The notes beneath the pieces were generated by a model. It was not told where the DNA came from and ran no database searches. It worked only from the letters and a program-made list of their open reading frames with translations. Of a DNA stretch of 64,000 nucleotides, positions 10,054 through 18,614 are shown piece after piece. Origin of the DNA: Omnitrophica WOR_2 bacterium RIFCSPHIGHO2_02_FULL_48_11. GTDB lineage: Bacteria > Omnitrophota > Gorgyraeia > Zapsychrales > GWA2-47-8. The stretch is taken from contig MHGP01000073.1 in NCBI GenBank assembly GCA_001805615.1, positions 28,156 to 92,155 on the forward strand, read 5' to 3'. Both the position numbers and the translations under genes were made by a program. Position 1 is the first letter of the stretch. Every line of letters begins with the position of its first letter.

Positions 10054-10108
10054 TTTTAAAGTTTCTATATGTGACGTGTGACATGGTGACTTTGTGACGG
10101 TGTAAGTT

Positions 10109-11899
10109 ATGGATAAATCACTCATTCGAAATTTTTCGATCATCGCGCATATTGACCACGGGAAATCAACCTTGGCGGACAGGCTTTTGCTTTTTTCCGG
10201 TGCCATCGACGAGCGAAAGTTCAAGAATCAACTGCTCGACGATATGGATTTAGAGCGGGAACGCGGCATCACGATCAAGGCCTCGGCCGTCCGTTTGGAT
10301 TATAAGGCGGATGACGGCAAAAATTATGTTTTTAACCTTATCGATACGCCGGGTCATGTTGATTTTACCTACGAAGTGGAAAAGTCGCTGCGCGCCTGTG
10401 AGGGCGCGCTCTTGGTGGTGGATGTTTCGCAGGGTGTCGAGTCGCAGACCGTGGCGAATTATTTTTTGGCGATCGATAACAATTTGGAAATTTTGCCGGT
10501 GATCAATAAGATCGATATTGTGAATGCCGATATCGATCTGGCGAAGAAGGAGATCGTTGAGGCGCTGGGTTTTAAGGAAAAGAATATCCAGCTTGTCTCG
10601 GCCAAAGAAGGTTTAGGCATCAAAGAACTTTTTGAGAAGATCGTTGATTTTATTCCGCCGCCGGAAGGCGACGAAGCCGCCCCGCTGCAGGCGTTTATCT
10701 TTGATATGAAGTACGATATTTATAAAGGCATTATCATTTATGTGCGGATCGTCAACGGATCGCTGCAGCCCGGGGTGCGTATCCGGATGATGCACATGAA
10801 TAAAGAATTTTCCATTGAGGAGGTCGGCGTTTTTCGTCCCGAAGCCGTGAAGGTGCAGGGATTATCCTGCGGGGAAGTCGGTTACCTGACCTGCAATATT
10901 CATGATCCGCAAGAGATCAAAGTGGGAGATACGATCACCGCTGTTGCCAATCCCACGGCCGAACCTCTTCCCGGGTACCGGCAGTTGAAACCGCTCGTCT
11001 TCTGCGGAGTTTATCCGGTCAATGCCGCGGATTTTATGAATCTGCGCCAGGCGATCGAGAAGCTGCGTCTGAACGACCCGAGTTTTGTCCACGAGCCGGA
11101 AACGTCCGAATCTTTCGGCCACGGGTTTCGCTGCGGTTTTTTGGGGCTTTTGCATATGGAAGTGGTTCAAGAAAGGCTGCAGCGGGAGTATGATTTAAAT
11201 CTTATTTTGACCACGCCCAACGTCGGGTACCGTATCGTCACCAAGGACAAAGGGGTCATTCAATTGGAAAATCCTTCGGAGCTGCCGGGGGCCGGCGACA
11301 TCGAAACCATCGAAGAGCCGTATCTGAAGGTGTCGATCTTAACCCCTGTCTCGTCGATGGACAAGGTGATGGAACTCGCCAAAGCGAAGCGCGGTATTTT
11401 TCAAAAAAGCGAATTCGTCTCGGACCGGATGCGGATCGTTTTTGATATCCCGCTCTCCGAGGTCATTGTGGATTTTAACGATCAGGTCAAATCCGTCACG
11501 CGTGGTTACGGCTCGATCGATTATGAATTCAAAGGCTATATGCCGGCGAGGATCGCCAAGCTGGATATCCTCATCAATGATAAAGTGTGCGATGCTTTTT
11601 CGTGCCTGGTGCACAAAGACCGGGCGTATGAAAAAGGGCTGGCCCTGGTCACAAAATTGAAAGAGCTGATCCCGCAGCAAATGTTTGAAGTGAAAATTCA
11701 GGCCAGCGCCGACGGAAGGATCATTTCCAGCGCCAAGGTGAAGGCCATGGGCAAGAATGTCACGGCCAAGTGCTACGGGGGGGATATTACCCGCAAACGC
11801 AAGCTCTGGGAAAAACAAAAAGAAGGCAAAAAGAAACTTAAGCAGATCGGCAATGTCGAGGTCCCGCAGGAAGCGTTCTTGGCGGCACTTAAGATATAA
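10109..11899 (+). CDS. lepA: translation elongation factor 4 (LepA)
   Basis: IRNFSIIAHIDHGKSTLADR G-domain, DTPGHVDF, NKID. 596 aa. Confidence 0.95.
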   Translation: MDKSLIRNFSIIAHIDHGKSTLADRLLLFSGAIDERKFKNQLLDDMDLERERGITIKASAVRLDYKADDGKNYVFNLIDTPGHVDFTYEVEKSLRACEGALLVVDVSQGVESQTVANYFLAIDNNLEILPVINKIDIVNADIDLAKKEIVEALGFKEKNIQLVSAKEGLGIKELFEKIVDFIPPPEGDEAAPLQAFIFDMKYDIYKGIIIYVRIVNGSLQPGVRIRMMHMNKEFSIEEVGVFRPEAVKVQGLSCGEVGYLTCNIHDPQEIKVGDTITAVANPTAEPLPGYRQLKPLVFCGVYPVNAADFMNLRQAIEKLRLNDPSFVHEPETSESFGHGFRCGFLGLLHMEVVQERLQREYDLNLILTTPNVGYRIVTKDKGVIQLENPSELPGAGDIETIEEPYLKVSILTPVSSMDKVMELAKAKRGIFQKSEFVSDRMRIVFDIPLSEVIVDFNDQVKSVTRGYGSIDYEFKGYMPARIAKLDILINDKVCDAFSCLVHKDRAYEKGLALVTKLKELIPQQMFEVKIQASADGRIISSAKVKAMGKNVTAKCYGGDITRKRKLWEKQKEGKKKLKQIGNVEVPQEAFLAALKI

Positions 11900-11903
11900 A
11901 CCC

Positions 11904-11968
11904 GATTTTGCAAAGCAAAATCCGCCCGTAGGGCCGCCGGGCAAAATCTCGAAGAGATTTTTGCGTTT
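11904..11968 (+). terminator. two tandem hairpins downstream of lepA (terminator-like)
   Basis: Hairpin 1 is GATTTTGC-aaa-GCAAAATC (11904-11922). Hairpin 2 is CAAAATCTC-gaa-GAGATTTTTG (11942-11963), which ends in a T-run. Confidence 0.4.
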
Positions 11969-12053
11969 AAGGCGGGGTTAATCCTGGTGTTTTGTGCGCA
12001 CAAATTTGTGTATGATTTCTGTCTGGGTATAAAATCCAGGATAAAGGAAAAAA

Positions 12054-12668
12054 ATGTTTAGAGCGATCGACAAATTTTTGACAAAAATTTTAGGTCCGAA
12101 GGATTCGGCGCTGCGCGAGTGGGTCGAGTCGATCTTTATCGCCGCTGTTATGGCGATCTTTATCCGCACTTTTATGATCCAGGCTTTTAAGATCCCCAGC
12201 GGTTCCATGCGCATGACTCTCTTGGAAGGCGACCGTCTGCTCGTCAATAAATTGCGCTATGGCCCGAAAATTCCTTTCACGAGTTATCGGTTGCCCGGCT
12301 TCGGCAGGCCGCAGCGCGGCGATATCATTGTGTTCGTCTATCCCGAAGATCCCGCGCGGGATTTTATCAAACGTTTGATCGCCTTAGGCGGAGAAACGGT
12401 TGAGATCCGCTACGGCGACATTTACATTGATGGCCAGCTGATTGAAGACCCACGTATCAATAACACGTATTACTATAACAAAGGAACGTACGGCGGGGTG
12501 GGAGAAAAGGTGAAAGTTCCGCCGGGCCATGTCTTTGTTCTTGGGGATAACAGCGCCTCCAGCCATGACAGCCGTTATTGGGGATTTGTTCCGGAAGGAA
12601 ATGTGGTCGGACGGGCCGAGCTGATTTACTGGCCGCTGAACCGTATGCGCTTATTGCTCCATTTTTAA
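12054..12668 (+). CDS. lepB: signal peptidase I
   Basis: An N-terminal TM is followed by the catalytic S in GSMRMTLLEGD, K in FIKRLI, and the GDNSASSHDSRYWGFVP box. Confidence 0.9.
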   Translation: MFRAIDKFLTKILGPKDSALREWVESIFIAAVMAIFIRTFMIQAFKIPSGSMRMTLLEGDRLLVNKLRYGPKIPFTSYRLPGFGRPQRGDIIVFVYPEDPARDFIKRLIALGGETVEIRYGDIYIDGQLIEDPRINNTYYYNKGTYGGVGEKVKVPPGHVFVLGDNSASSHDSRYWGFVPEGNVVGRAELIYWPLNRMRLLLHF

Positions 12669-12676
12669 GAAAACAT

Positions 12677-13042
12677 ATGCGGCAAACACATTATTTTTTG
12701 GTTATCGTCGGTCTGTTTTTTTTAGCAGGCTGCGCGACCGCTGCGTCTAAGAAGAATGCCGCAGAGACGGGATCTGCCGAGAGCGCGGCCGAAGTTTCCT
12801 CGGCGCTGCAAGCGGTGGTCGGGGCGGTCAGCGGACAACCAGTGGATGAAAAGGCCTTGCAGGATCTGGCGAGAGACATGAAAAAAGATCCGCAGACCGA
12901 GACAGCGGTCCAGTCCGTGACCGAGGCGTTGACCGGAGCGAACCGGGTGATCAAATACTGTCCGGTGGACGGGAAGCGTTTTGGCGGCAAGGTCGAAACC
13001 TGTCCGGAACACAATGTCCCGCTGAAAAAAATGGAAGAGTAA
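12677..13042 (+). CDS. small lipoprotein with C-terminal CPxDG...CPEH zinc-ribbon-like tail
   Basis: The start is re-picked at an internal ATG (12677). This gives MRQTHYFLVIVGLFFLAGC (lipobox LAGC) in place of a 33-codon extension that would overlap lepB. The C-terminus is YCPVDGKRFGGKVETCPEHNVPL. Confidence 0.6.
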   Translation: MRQTHYFLVIVGLFFLAGCATAASKKNAAETGSAESAAEVSSALQAVVGAVSGQPVDEKALQDLARDMKKDPQTETAVQSVTEALTGANRVIKYCPVDGKRFGGKVETCPEHNVPLKKMEE

Positions 13043-13043
13043 T

Positions 13044-13610
13044 ATGGGATTAACCTTTGCCAACAAAATAACGGTCGGAAGGATCCTGGCGGTCCCATTT
13101 TTTATCGCCGCGGTCTTGTATTATTCTCCGGAGCGTGATTATCTGCGCTATGCGGCCCTGGGGATATTTCTTTTTGCCGTGATCTCGGATGTGGTCGACG
13201 GATATATCGCCCGCACGCGGAATCAAAAGACGCGCGCCGGCGCCATCCTCGATCCGTTGGCGGATAAAATTCTCATCATCAGCGCGTTTCTCTCTTTATA
13301 CAAAATCGGCGTTTATTTCCCCGGGCCGGTGCCGGTGCAGTTCCCGATATGGCTGGTCGTCGCGGTCATCAGCCGGGACGTGACTTTGCTTCTGGGATCG
13401 ATGATCATCCATCTGGTTCGCGGAGAGTTCAACGTGAATCCTACCCGGTGGGGAAAGATCACCACATTTTTTCAGGTGTTTTGCGTGATCGGAGTCCTTT
13501 TGCAATGGCCGTTCTCGCTTATCCTCTGGAATGTCACGGTGGTCTTTACGGTCATCTCCGGAATCGGCTATATCCGGGACGGGATAAAAATTTTAAACGA
13601 AAATGTCTAA
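13044..13610 (+). CDS. pgsA: CDP-diacylglycerol--glycerol-3-phosphate 3-phosphatidyltransferase (CDP-alcohol phosphatidyltransferase family)
   Basis: DGYIAR...G...DPLADK CDP-alcohol transferase signature. Multi-TM, 188 aa. Confidence 0.85.
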   Translation: MGLTFANKITVGRILAVPFFIAAVLYYSPERDYLRYAALGIFLFAVISDVVDGYIARTRNQKTRAGAILDPLADKILIISAFLSLYKIGVYFPGPVPVQFPIWLVVAVISRDVTLLLGSMIIHLVRGEFNVNPTRWGKITTFFQVFCVIGVLLQWPFSLILWNVTVVFTVISGIGYIRDGIKILNENV

Positions 13611-14235
13611 CCAATTTATCATTGCGGTTGTGTTCAGTTATTTTTTAGGAGCGATCCCCACGGCCTATATTTTTGGCCGACTTTTAAAAGGGATCGATAT
13701 CCGTCAGCACGGCTCCGGGAACGTGGGTGCCACCAATGCGCTTCGCGTCTTGGGGAAGGGGCCGGGGGCGGCGGTGCTTTTGCTGGATATTTTTAAAGGC
13801 ACATTGGCCACAACGCTCGTGCCGGATGTTCTGGGATTAAACCAAATATGGCAGTATGTCGTCCTGGCGCTCACTGCTGTCGGTGGTCATAACTGGACGG
13901 TTTTTTTAAATTTTAAAGGCGGCAAGGGGATCGCCACCAGCCTCGGTGTTTTGATTGGTTTGGCGATCCAGATCGCTTCTATCCGGATCGTTTTGCTGGC
14001 TACGGTCGGTTCGTGGGCCGTGGTTTTTTTATTGAGCGGTTATGTTTCGCTGGCTTCGATCGTGGCCGCGGTCGTGCTGCCGCTCGTTATGGTTTTTACC
14101 CTGCAGCCTTTGGCTTTAACGATTCTCGGTGTCATCATTTGCCTCTCGGTTGTTCTGCGGCATCGTAACAACATCAAACGTCTCCTCAAAGGCGAAGAAT
14201 CGCGTGTCTTTTTTCCCTTCCAAAAACGTCCGTAA
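13603..14235 (+). CDS. plsY: glycerol-3-phosphate acyltransferase PlsY
   Basis: GSGNVGATNALR and FKGGKG signatures. Polytopic, 210 aa. Confidence 0.9.
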   Translation: MSNQFIIAVVFSYFLGAIPTAYIFGRLLKGIDIRQHGSGNVGATNALRVLGKGPGAAVLLLDIFKGTLATTLVPDVLGLNQIWQYVVLALTAVGGHNWTVFLNFKGGKGIATSLGVLIGLAIQIASIRIVLLATVGSWAVVFLLSGYVSLASIVAAVVLPLVMVFTLQPLALTILGVIICLSVVLRHRNNIKRLLKGEESRVFFPFQKRP

Positions 14236-14409
14236 TTTCCTGTCTGATTTTTTTGTTGTAACCCCTTATTTTGTTGAATGTTACAGTTTTGGAGCGCACA
14301 GAAAACGCTTTCTCAAAACGGCTTTGACCGTCTTGTTTCGGGGTTGACGGGTGTTATACTTTCAGCGTACGTAAGATAAAAGACTTACATTACGCAAAAA
14401 GGATAACCC

Positions 14410-14763
14410 ATGAGACAAGTTTTTTACCGCAAACGTCACTCTTTAAAAAATCGGCATAAAATGATGTCGATTTGCGAGACCTCCGATGAGCAGGATTGCA
14501 AAACATCGGTGCGAAAGCATTTTATTTACGTTGTCAGTAAAGAAGATAACATCGATCAAAACATCAACCCGCCACGGATTGATATCAAGAAGTACTTTAA
14601 TACCAAAACAAGGGAAGAGCGATTTCATTTTAGGGTCAAGGGATATTTTTATATCTCCCGCGAAGCGGCCCTCTTGAAAGTGCGCTTTTGCCACTCGCTC
14701 AAGATCAGTATTGTCTGGAAGTCCAAAGAGCTCTCCCCCAAAAAGTCAGTAACCCTGACTTAA
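14410..14763 (+). CDS. hypothetical basic protein (orphan, low GC)
   Basis: 117-aa ORF inside a 735-bp gap, about 40% GC against about 50% in the flanks. It is followed by a clean intrinsic terminator. No motif was recognised. Confidence 0.35.
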   Translation: MRQVFYRKRHSLKNRHKMMSICETSDEQDCKTSVRKHFIYVVSKEDNIDQNINPPRIDIKKYFNTKTREERFHFRVKGYFYISREAALLKVRFCHSLKISIVWKSKELSPKKSVTLT

Positions 14764-14788
14764 CATGCGTGCAAAAAATGGCACGCCT

Positions 14789-14825
14789 GACTAGCAGAAG
14801 GTTAAACTTCTGCTAGTCTTTTTTT
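14789..14825 (+). terminator. rho-independent terminator
   Basis: Perfect 12-bp stem GACTAGCAGAAG / CTTCTGCTAGTC with loop GTTAAA, followed by TTTTTTT. Confidence 0.8.
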
Positions 14826-14854
14826 ATGCTCCCCGCCCTCCTAAAATTATTGAA

Positions 14855-14889
14855 GAATCAATTTCCATAAAAAAACTTTGTGCTACAAT
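14855..14889 (+). promoter_or_regulatory. putative sigma70 promoter with extended -10 (TGcTACAAT)
   Basis: TGCTACAAT at 14881-14889. The -35 is weak. Lies upstream of the 14971 lipoprotein gene. Confidence 0.3.
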
Positions 14890-14970
14890 ACGATTGTTGC
14901 TGAAAATTTAAAATTTTGAACAACTTTAAAGTCGAATTTTCTATCATAACATTTCACAAAGGAGGACAAT

Positions 14971-15420
14971 GTGTCGGTAAGATTATTGATGCTTTTGGTT
15001 TTTGTTACGGCTTTCGCCGGGTGCGCCTCGACGCAAAAGACAAGTATGAGTCAGATGCAGATGCAGGTTGCCGACCTGGAAGGGCAGCTTGTGGATAAGG
15101 ACGACGAAATCGCTGACCTGCGTGACGAGCTTGACCGCGTGAGCCTGGAGCTGCAGAGGCGAGCCAGGGCGAACAGCTTCGAAGGAAAGTCGGGATCGGT
15201 CAGCAAAAAAGACGGTGCCATCATCCGCGTGGATGTGAGCGTGGGCCAGGTGCAGACCGCTCTGAAAAATGCCGGATATTATACCGGTACCGTCGACGGC
15301 AAATTGGGCGGGAACACCAAGAGTTCCATTGTTCAGTTTCAGAAAGACAACAACCTCAACGCCGACGGAGTTCTGGGGCGCAAGACCTGGGAGAAGTTAA
15401 AGCTTTATCTCGAAGAATAG
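14971..15420 (+). CDS. lipoprotein with coiled coil and C-terminal peptidoglycan-binding (PG_binding_1) domain
   Basis: GTG start after GGAGG. Signal with lipobox FAGC. A heptad region (LEGQLVDKDDEIADLRDELD) and C-terminal ...ALKNAGYYTGTVDGKLGGNTKSSIVQFQKDNNLNADGVLG... typical of a PG-binding domain. Confidence 0.7.
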   Translation: MSVRLLMLLVFVTAFAGCASTQKTSMSQMQMQVADLEGQLVDKDDEIADLRDELDRVSLELQRRARANSFEGKSGSVSKKDGAIIRVDVSVGQVQTALKNAGYYTGTVDGKLGGNTKSSIVQFQKDNNLNADGVLGRKTWEKLKLYLEE

Positions 15421-15424
15421 TTTT

Positions 15425-16237
15425 ATGTCGTTGCAGATCGTCAGTATCTTGGGATGTGGCTGGTTGGGGTTACCGCTGGCCCAGCATTTGTTGCAGCTGG
15501 GCTTCACGGTCAAAGGCTCCACAACCACCTACGCCAAGTTAGAAGTTCTCCGTCAAGTAGGGATCCTTCCGTATCTTATCCATTGTCATCCGGACATCAA
15601 AGGCAAAGACGTTGCGGAATTTTTTGCCAGCGATGTCCTTTTTTTGAATATTCCGTTCCGGCGCAGTCTGGAAAATCCGGCCTTCTACAAAGAACAGATC
15701 CAATCGGTCGTGCGGCATGTCGAGCGTTCCACCGTGGATTTTGTTATTTTTGCCAGCTCCACGTCGGTTTATCCGGAAACGGACGGCTGGGTCACCGAGG
15801 ACCAGGACATTCGTCCGGCGGATCCGCGCGGCCGCGTTCTCTGGGAGACCGAAAATCTTTTAAGGGAAAATCCGCAGTTTGCGACGACGATCCTGCGGTT
15901 TGCCGGGCTTTACGGCGGCGAACGGAAGATCGGCAATTTTCTCTCCGGCCAGAGCGAGGTGGCGGAGGCCGACAGTCCGGTCAATCTGGTGCACCGCGAC
16001 GATTGCCTGGCGATCGTGAGCCAGATCATCCAACAGAATATCCGGGCAGAAATTTTTAATGTCTGCTCAGACGGTCATCCGAAAAGGAAAGAGCTTTATA
16101 CCCGCGCGGCGCTGCATTTGGGGGCAACCTCGCCGACCTTTGCGGCGAGTCAAGGCACAAGGTTAAAAAAAGTCAGCAACCAAAAGCTCAAAGAAAAATT
16201 GTGCTATCAATTTTTGCATCCGGACCCGTTACAGTAG
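15425..16237 (+). CDS. NAD(P)-binding Rossmann-fold oxidoreductase (NAD-dependent epimerase/dehydratase-like)
   Basis: N-terminal ILGCGWLG dinucleotide-binding motif. 270 aa. The overlapping alternate-frame ORF 15454..16059 is Arg/Gly-rich junk. Confidence 0.6.
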   Translation: MSLQIVSILGCGWLGLPLAQHLLQLGFTVKGSTTTYAKLEVLRQVGILPYLIHCHPDIKGKDVAEFFASDVLFLNIPFRRSLENPAFYKEQIQSVVRHVERSTVDFVIFASSTSVYPETDGWVTEDQDIRPADPRGRVLWETENLLRENPQFATTILRFAGLYGGERKIGNFLSGQSEVAEADSPVNLVHRDDCLAIVSQIIQQNIRAEIFNVCSDGHPKRKELYTRAALHLGATSPTFAASQGTRLKKVSNQKLKEKLCYQFLHPDPLQ

Positions 16238-16876
16238 TGATTTTTTAGATAACGCCGACCATTGGTTGGTCTTAAGGTCAAGCTCGGAAAAAGCAAAATA
16301 ATTGTGGTTGGTGCGGATGTTTTGCAGAAATCCGGCGAGAGTGGTGGCGCGGGTTTTTTTGAGCTCGGCATTGTCGAACCAGAAGTAATGCTCGCCGGCT
16401 TTAAAGACGCAAATGGCATGGGCCTGGCGGTCCTTGCGGACCGCTAAAAAGCGCGGCTGGTAGCCTAAGACCTGTAAGACCTCGGCATTAAAAAAAGTGT
16501 AATCCTCGCAATCGCCCCGTTTTTTGCGGAGAGTTTCCTCGGGAGTCGCCCACTGATCTTTTTTCTCATCCTTTTTGTAATGAATATTTTCTTTCAGCCA
16601 GCGCGCATAATCTTCCAGCGAGTGGATGTTGTGGACTTGGATGAGGTTGATGATCTTAAAATCTACTGATTTGGGGCGGGAGATAAGAACGCCGTCTTTG
16701 TGTTTGATCTTTTCCTGCTGAATGCGAAGCCGTGCGGTGGGAAGTGAGGTTGCCTCAGCCGATGGGATCGTGAGCAGGCCCGTCGAGAAACAGCAAAAAA
16801 ACCCGCCCAGGACAATTTTCAGGAAGAGGGAGGAAGACAACTGTTGTGACGCTAAATATCTGATGGACATTTGCAA
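16229..16876 (-). CDS. secreted transglutaminase-like cysteine protease superfamily protein
   Basis: Signal peptide. RGDCEDYTFFNAEVL...HAICVF...FWFDN supplies the Cys, His and Asp of a transglutaminase-like core. Confidence 0.55.
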   Translation of the reverse strand: MQMSIRYLASQQLSSSLFLKIVLGGFFCCFSTGLLTIPSAEATSLPTARLRIQQEKIKHKDGVLISRPKSVDFKIINLIQVHNIHSLEDYARWLKENIHYKKDEKKDQWATPEETLRKKRGDCEDYTFFNAEVLQVLGYQPRFLAVRKDRQAHAICVFKAGEHYFWFDNAELKKTRATTLAGFLQNIRTNHNYFAFSELDLKTNQWSALSKKSLL

Positions 16877-16964
16877 CAGGCTTGATTAAAATGAATGATT
16901 CATAATTCTTAAAAATCGTTAGAGTAATTCTAGCAGTCTTAGTGCCCGAAAGAAACTATTTTTT

Positions 16965-17909
16965 ATGAAGAACTTTGTTTTGACCGTTACGCTCAATCCG
17001 GCGGTCGATGAAATCTTTAAGGTCAAGAAACACCGGACCGCCCCGGGATGGATTCTTGGCGAGCAGCGTTCGTGCGCCGGCGGAAAAGGGATCAATGTGG
17101 CGCGGGCCTTAACGCGTCTTGGGACACCCGTCGTGGCGACCGGCCTGCTGGGCGGCATAACCGGACAATTTATTGTTGAAGAACTGCGGCGCGAGAAGAT
17201 CAAAAACGATTTTGTTTCCTGTTGTGATCCTACTAGAACCAACGTGACCATTCTGGACGTCTCCCGGAATACCATGAACCGTTTGATGGAAGACGGCGCG
17301 CCGTTGTGCCGGCCTGACCTTGAAAAATTCAAAAAAAAATTTAAAGCCTTGCTCAAAAAAAGTTCATGGGTGGTTTTATCCGGCCGGATCCCTGGCGGAA
17401 CCGCAGAGACGATCTACCGCGATCTACTTCATCTTGCCCGACGGGAAAACGTAAAAACATTTCTGGACAGCCACGGCCGTGCTTTTTCGTTGGGGCTGCA
17501 GGCCAAGCCGTTATTTATTAAACCCAACAGCGAAGAGACCCAACATCTCCTGCGTCAGCGGCTCAACTCCCTGGAGAAATTAAAGAAGGCGATCCGTTAT
17601 TTTCTACGCCGGGACATCCCCTATGTTTTTGTGACCTTAGGCGCCAAGGGGGCTTTGGCCTCGGACGGCCGAGGGTTGTGGCTGGCCAGGCCGCCGCAGA
17701 TCAAATGCGTGAACGCGGTGGGCTGCGGGGATGCGTTCATCGCGGGATTTATCGCGGCTTTTGAAAAGCCTAAAGATTTTTTGGCAGCGTTTCGTCTGGC
17801 CGTGGCCGCCGGCACCGCCAATGCTTTGGGTTTGCAGCCGGGAGCCATTCATAAAAATATTGTTCACAAAATTGCGCAACAGGTTAAAATAGAGGCATTA
17901 AAATTTTAA
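16965..17909 (+). CDS. PfkB-family sugar kinase (1-phosphofructokinase / tagatose-6-P kinase-like)
   Basis: GGKGINVARAL and the C-terminal NAVGCGDAFIAGF motif of the PfkB family. Confidence 0.8.
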   Translation: MKNFVLTVTLNPAVDEIFKVKKHRTAPGWILGEQRSCAGGKGINVARALTRLGTPVVATGLLGGITGQFIVEELRREKIKNDFVSCCDPTRTNVTILDVSRNTMNRLMEDGAPLCRPDLEKFKKKFKALLKKSSWVVLSGRIPGGTAETIYRDLLHLARRENVKTFLDSHGRAFSLGLQAKPLFIKPNSEETQHLLRQRLNSLEKLKKAIRYFLRRDIPYVFVTLGAKGALASDGRGLWLARPPQIKCVNAVGCGDAFIAGFIAAFEKPKDFLAAFRLAVAAGTANALGLQPGAIHKNIVHKIAQQVKIEALKF

Positions 17910-17928
17910 TAACGAAACGGAGAGACGT

Positions 17929-18585
17929 ATGGTTCCCTATGATGCAACGTTGTATGATGAGAAAAAACAGAAAAAAATCCCGGATGTCTTAAGCGATACT
18001 TTGCGCGAACAGCTTTTGCAGTACGCTAAGGATTTTAAAACCTCCTGGGTCAACCTGGGGCAGCATTTATATTCTGTCTGGCGGGACAAGTTGTATTACA
18101 CCTGGGGTTACGAAAAATTTGAAGATTACACGCAGGAAGAGCTGGGGATGCAGAAGCCCCTGGCGATCAAACTACTCAAAACGTATTTTTTCCTGGAGCA
18201 GGAGGAGCCGGCGTATCTTAAGGAAGAATTTGCGCAGACGCGGTCGCCGGTCGCGGTGCCCGGTTACGAAGCCGTCAATTTTTTGCGCTTGGCGAAAAAC
18301 AATAAAGAGTTGAACAAAAGCGATTATATAAAATTTAAAAAAGATATTTTCGAGAACGGGAAAGATGTCGCTTTGATCCGCAAGGATCTGGTCGCGCTCA
18401 TGAAAGAACGTAAGGTCGTGGATCCCGAGGAAGAGCGCGATAAACGCAGCGAGCTGACCGTGCGCAAACTGCTTAATGCGATCCGTTCGTTCCAAAAAGA
18501 CGCGGAATCTTTAAAATTACTGCCGGCGGATTTGATCAAAGAAGCTACAGGCCTGATGAAAAAATTAGAGGAACAGATCGCTTAA
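17929..18585 (+). CDS. hypothetical protein
   Basis: 218 aa, charged and helical. No motif recognised. Immediately upstream of the HExxH/ATP-grasp pair. Confidence 0.5.
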   Translation: MVPYDATLYDEKKQKKIPDVLSDTLREQLLQYAKDFKTSWVNLGQHLYSVWRDKLYYTWGYEKFEDYTQEELGMQKPLAIKLLKTYFFLEQEEPAYLKEEFAQTRSPVAVPGYEAVNFLRLAKNNKELNKSDYIKFKKDIFENGKDVALIRKDLVALMKERKVVDPEEERDKRSELTVRKLLNAIRSFQKDAESLKLLPADLIKEATGLMKKLEEQIA

Positions 18586-18614
18586 AAAATTTTTCAAAAC
18601 AGCGGGGGAGACGA

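Noticed and set aside
12578-12676. Upstream extension of the lipoprotein ORF overlapping the lepB 3' end
   Set aside because: The extension (MGICSGRKCGRTGRAD...) overlaps lepB by 90 nt and lacks an RBS. The internal ATG at 12677 yields a canonical lipoprotein signal.
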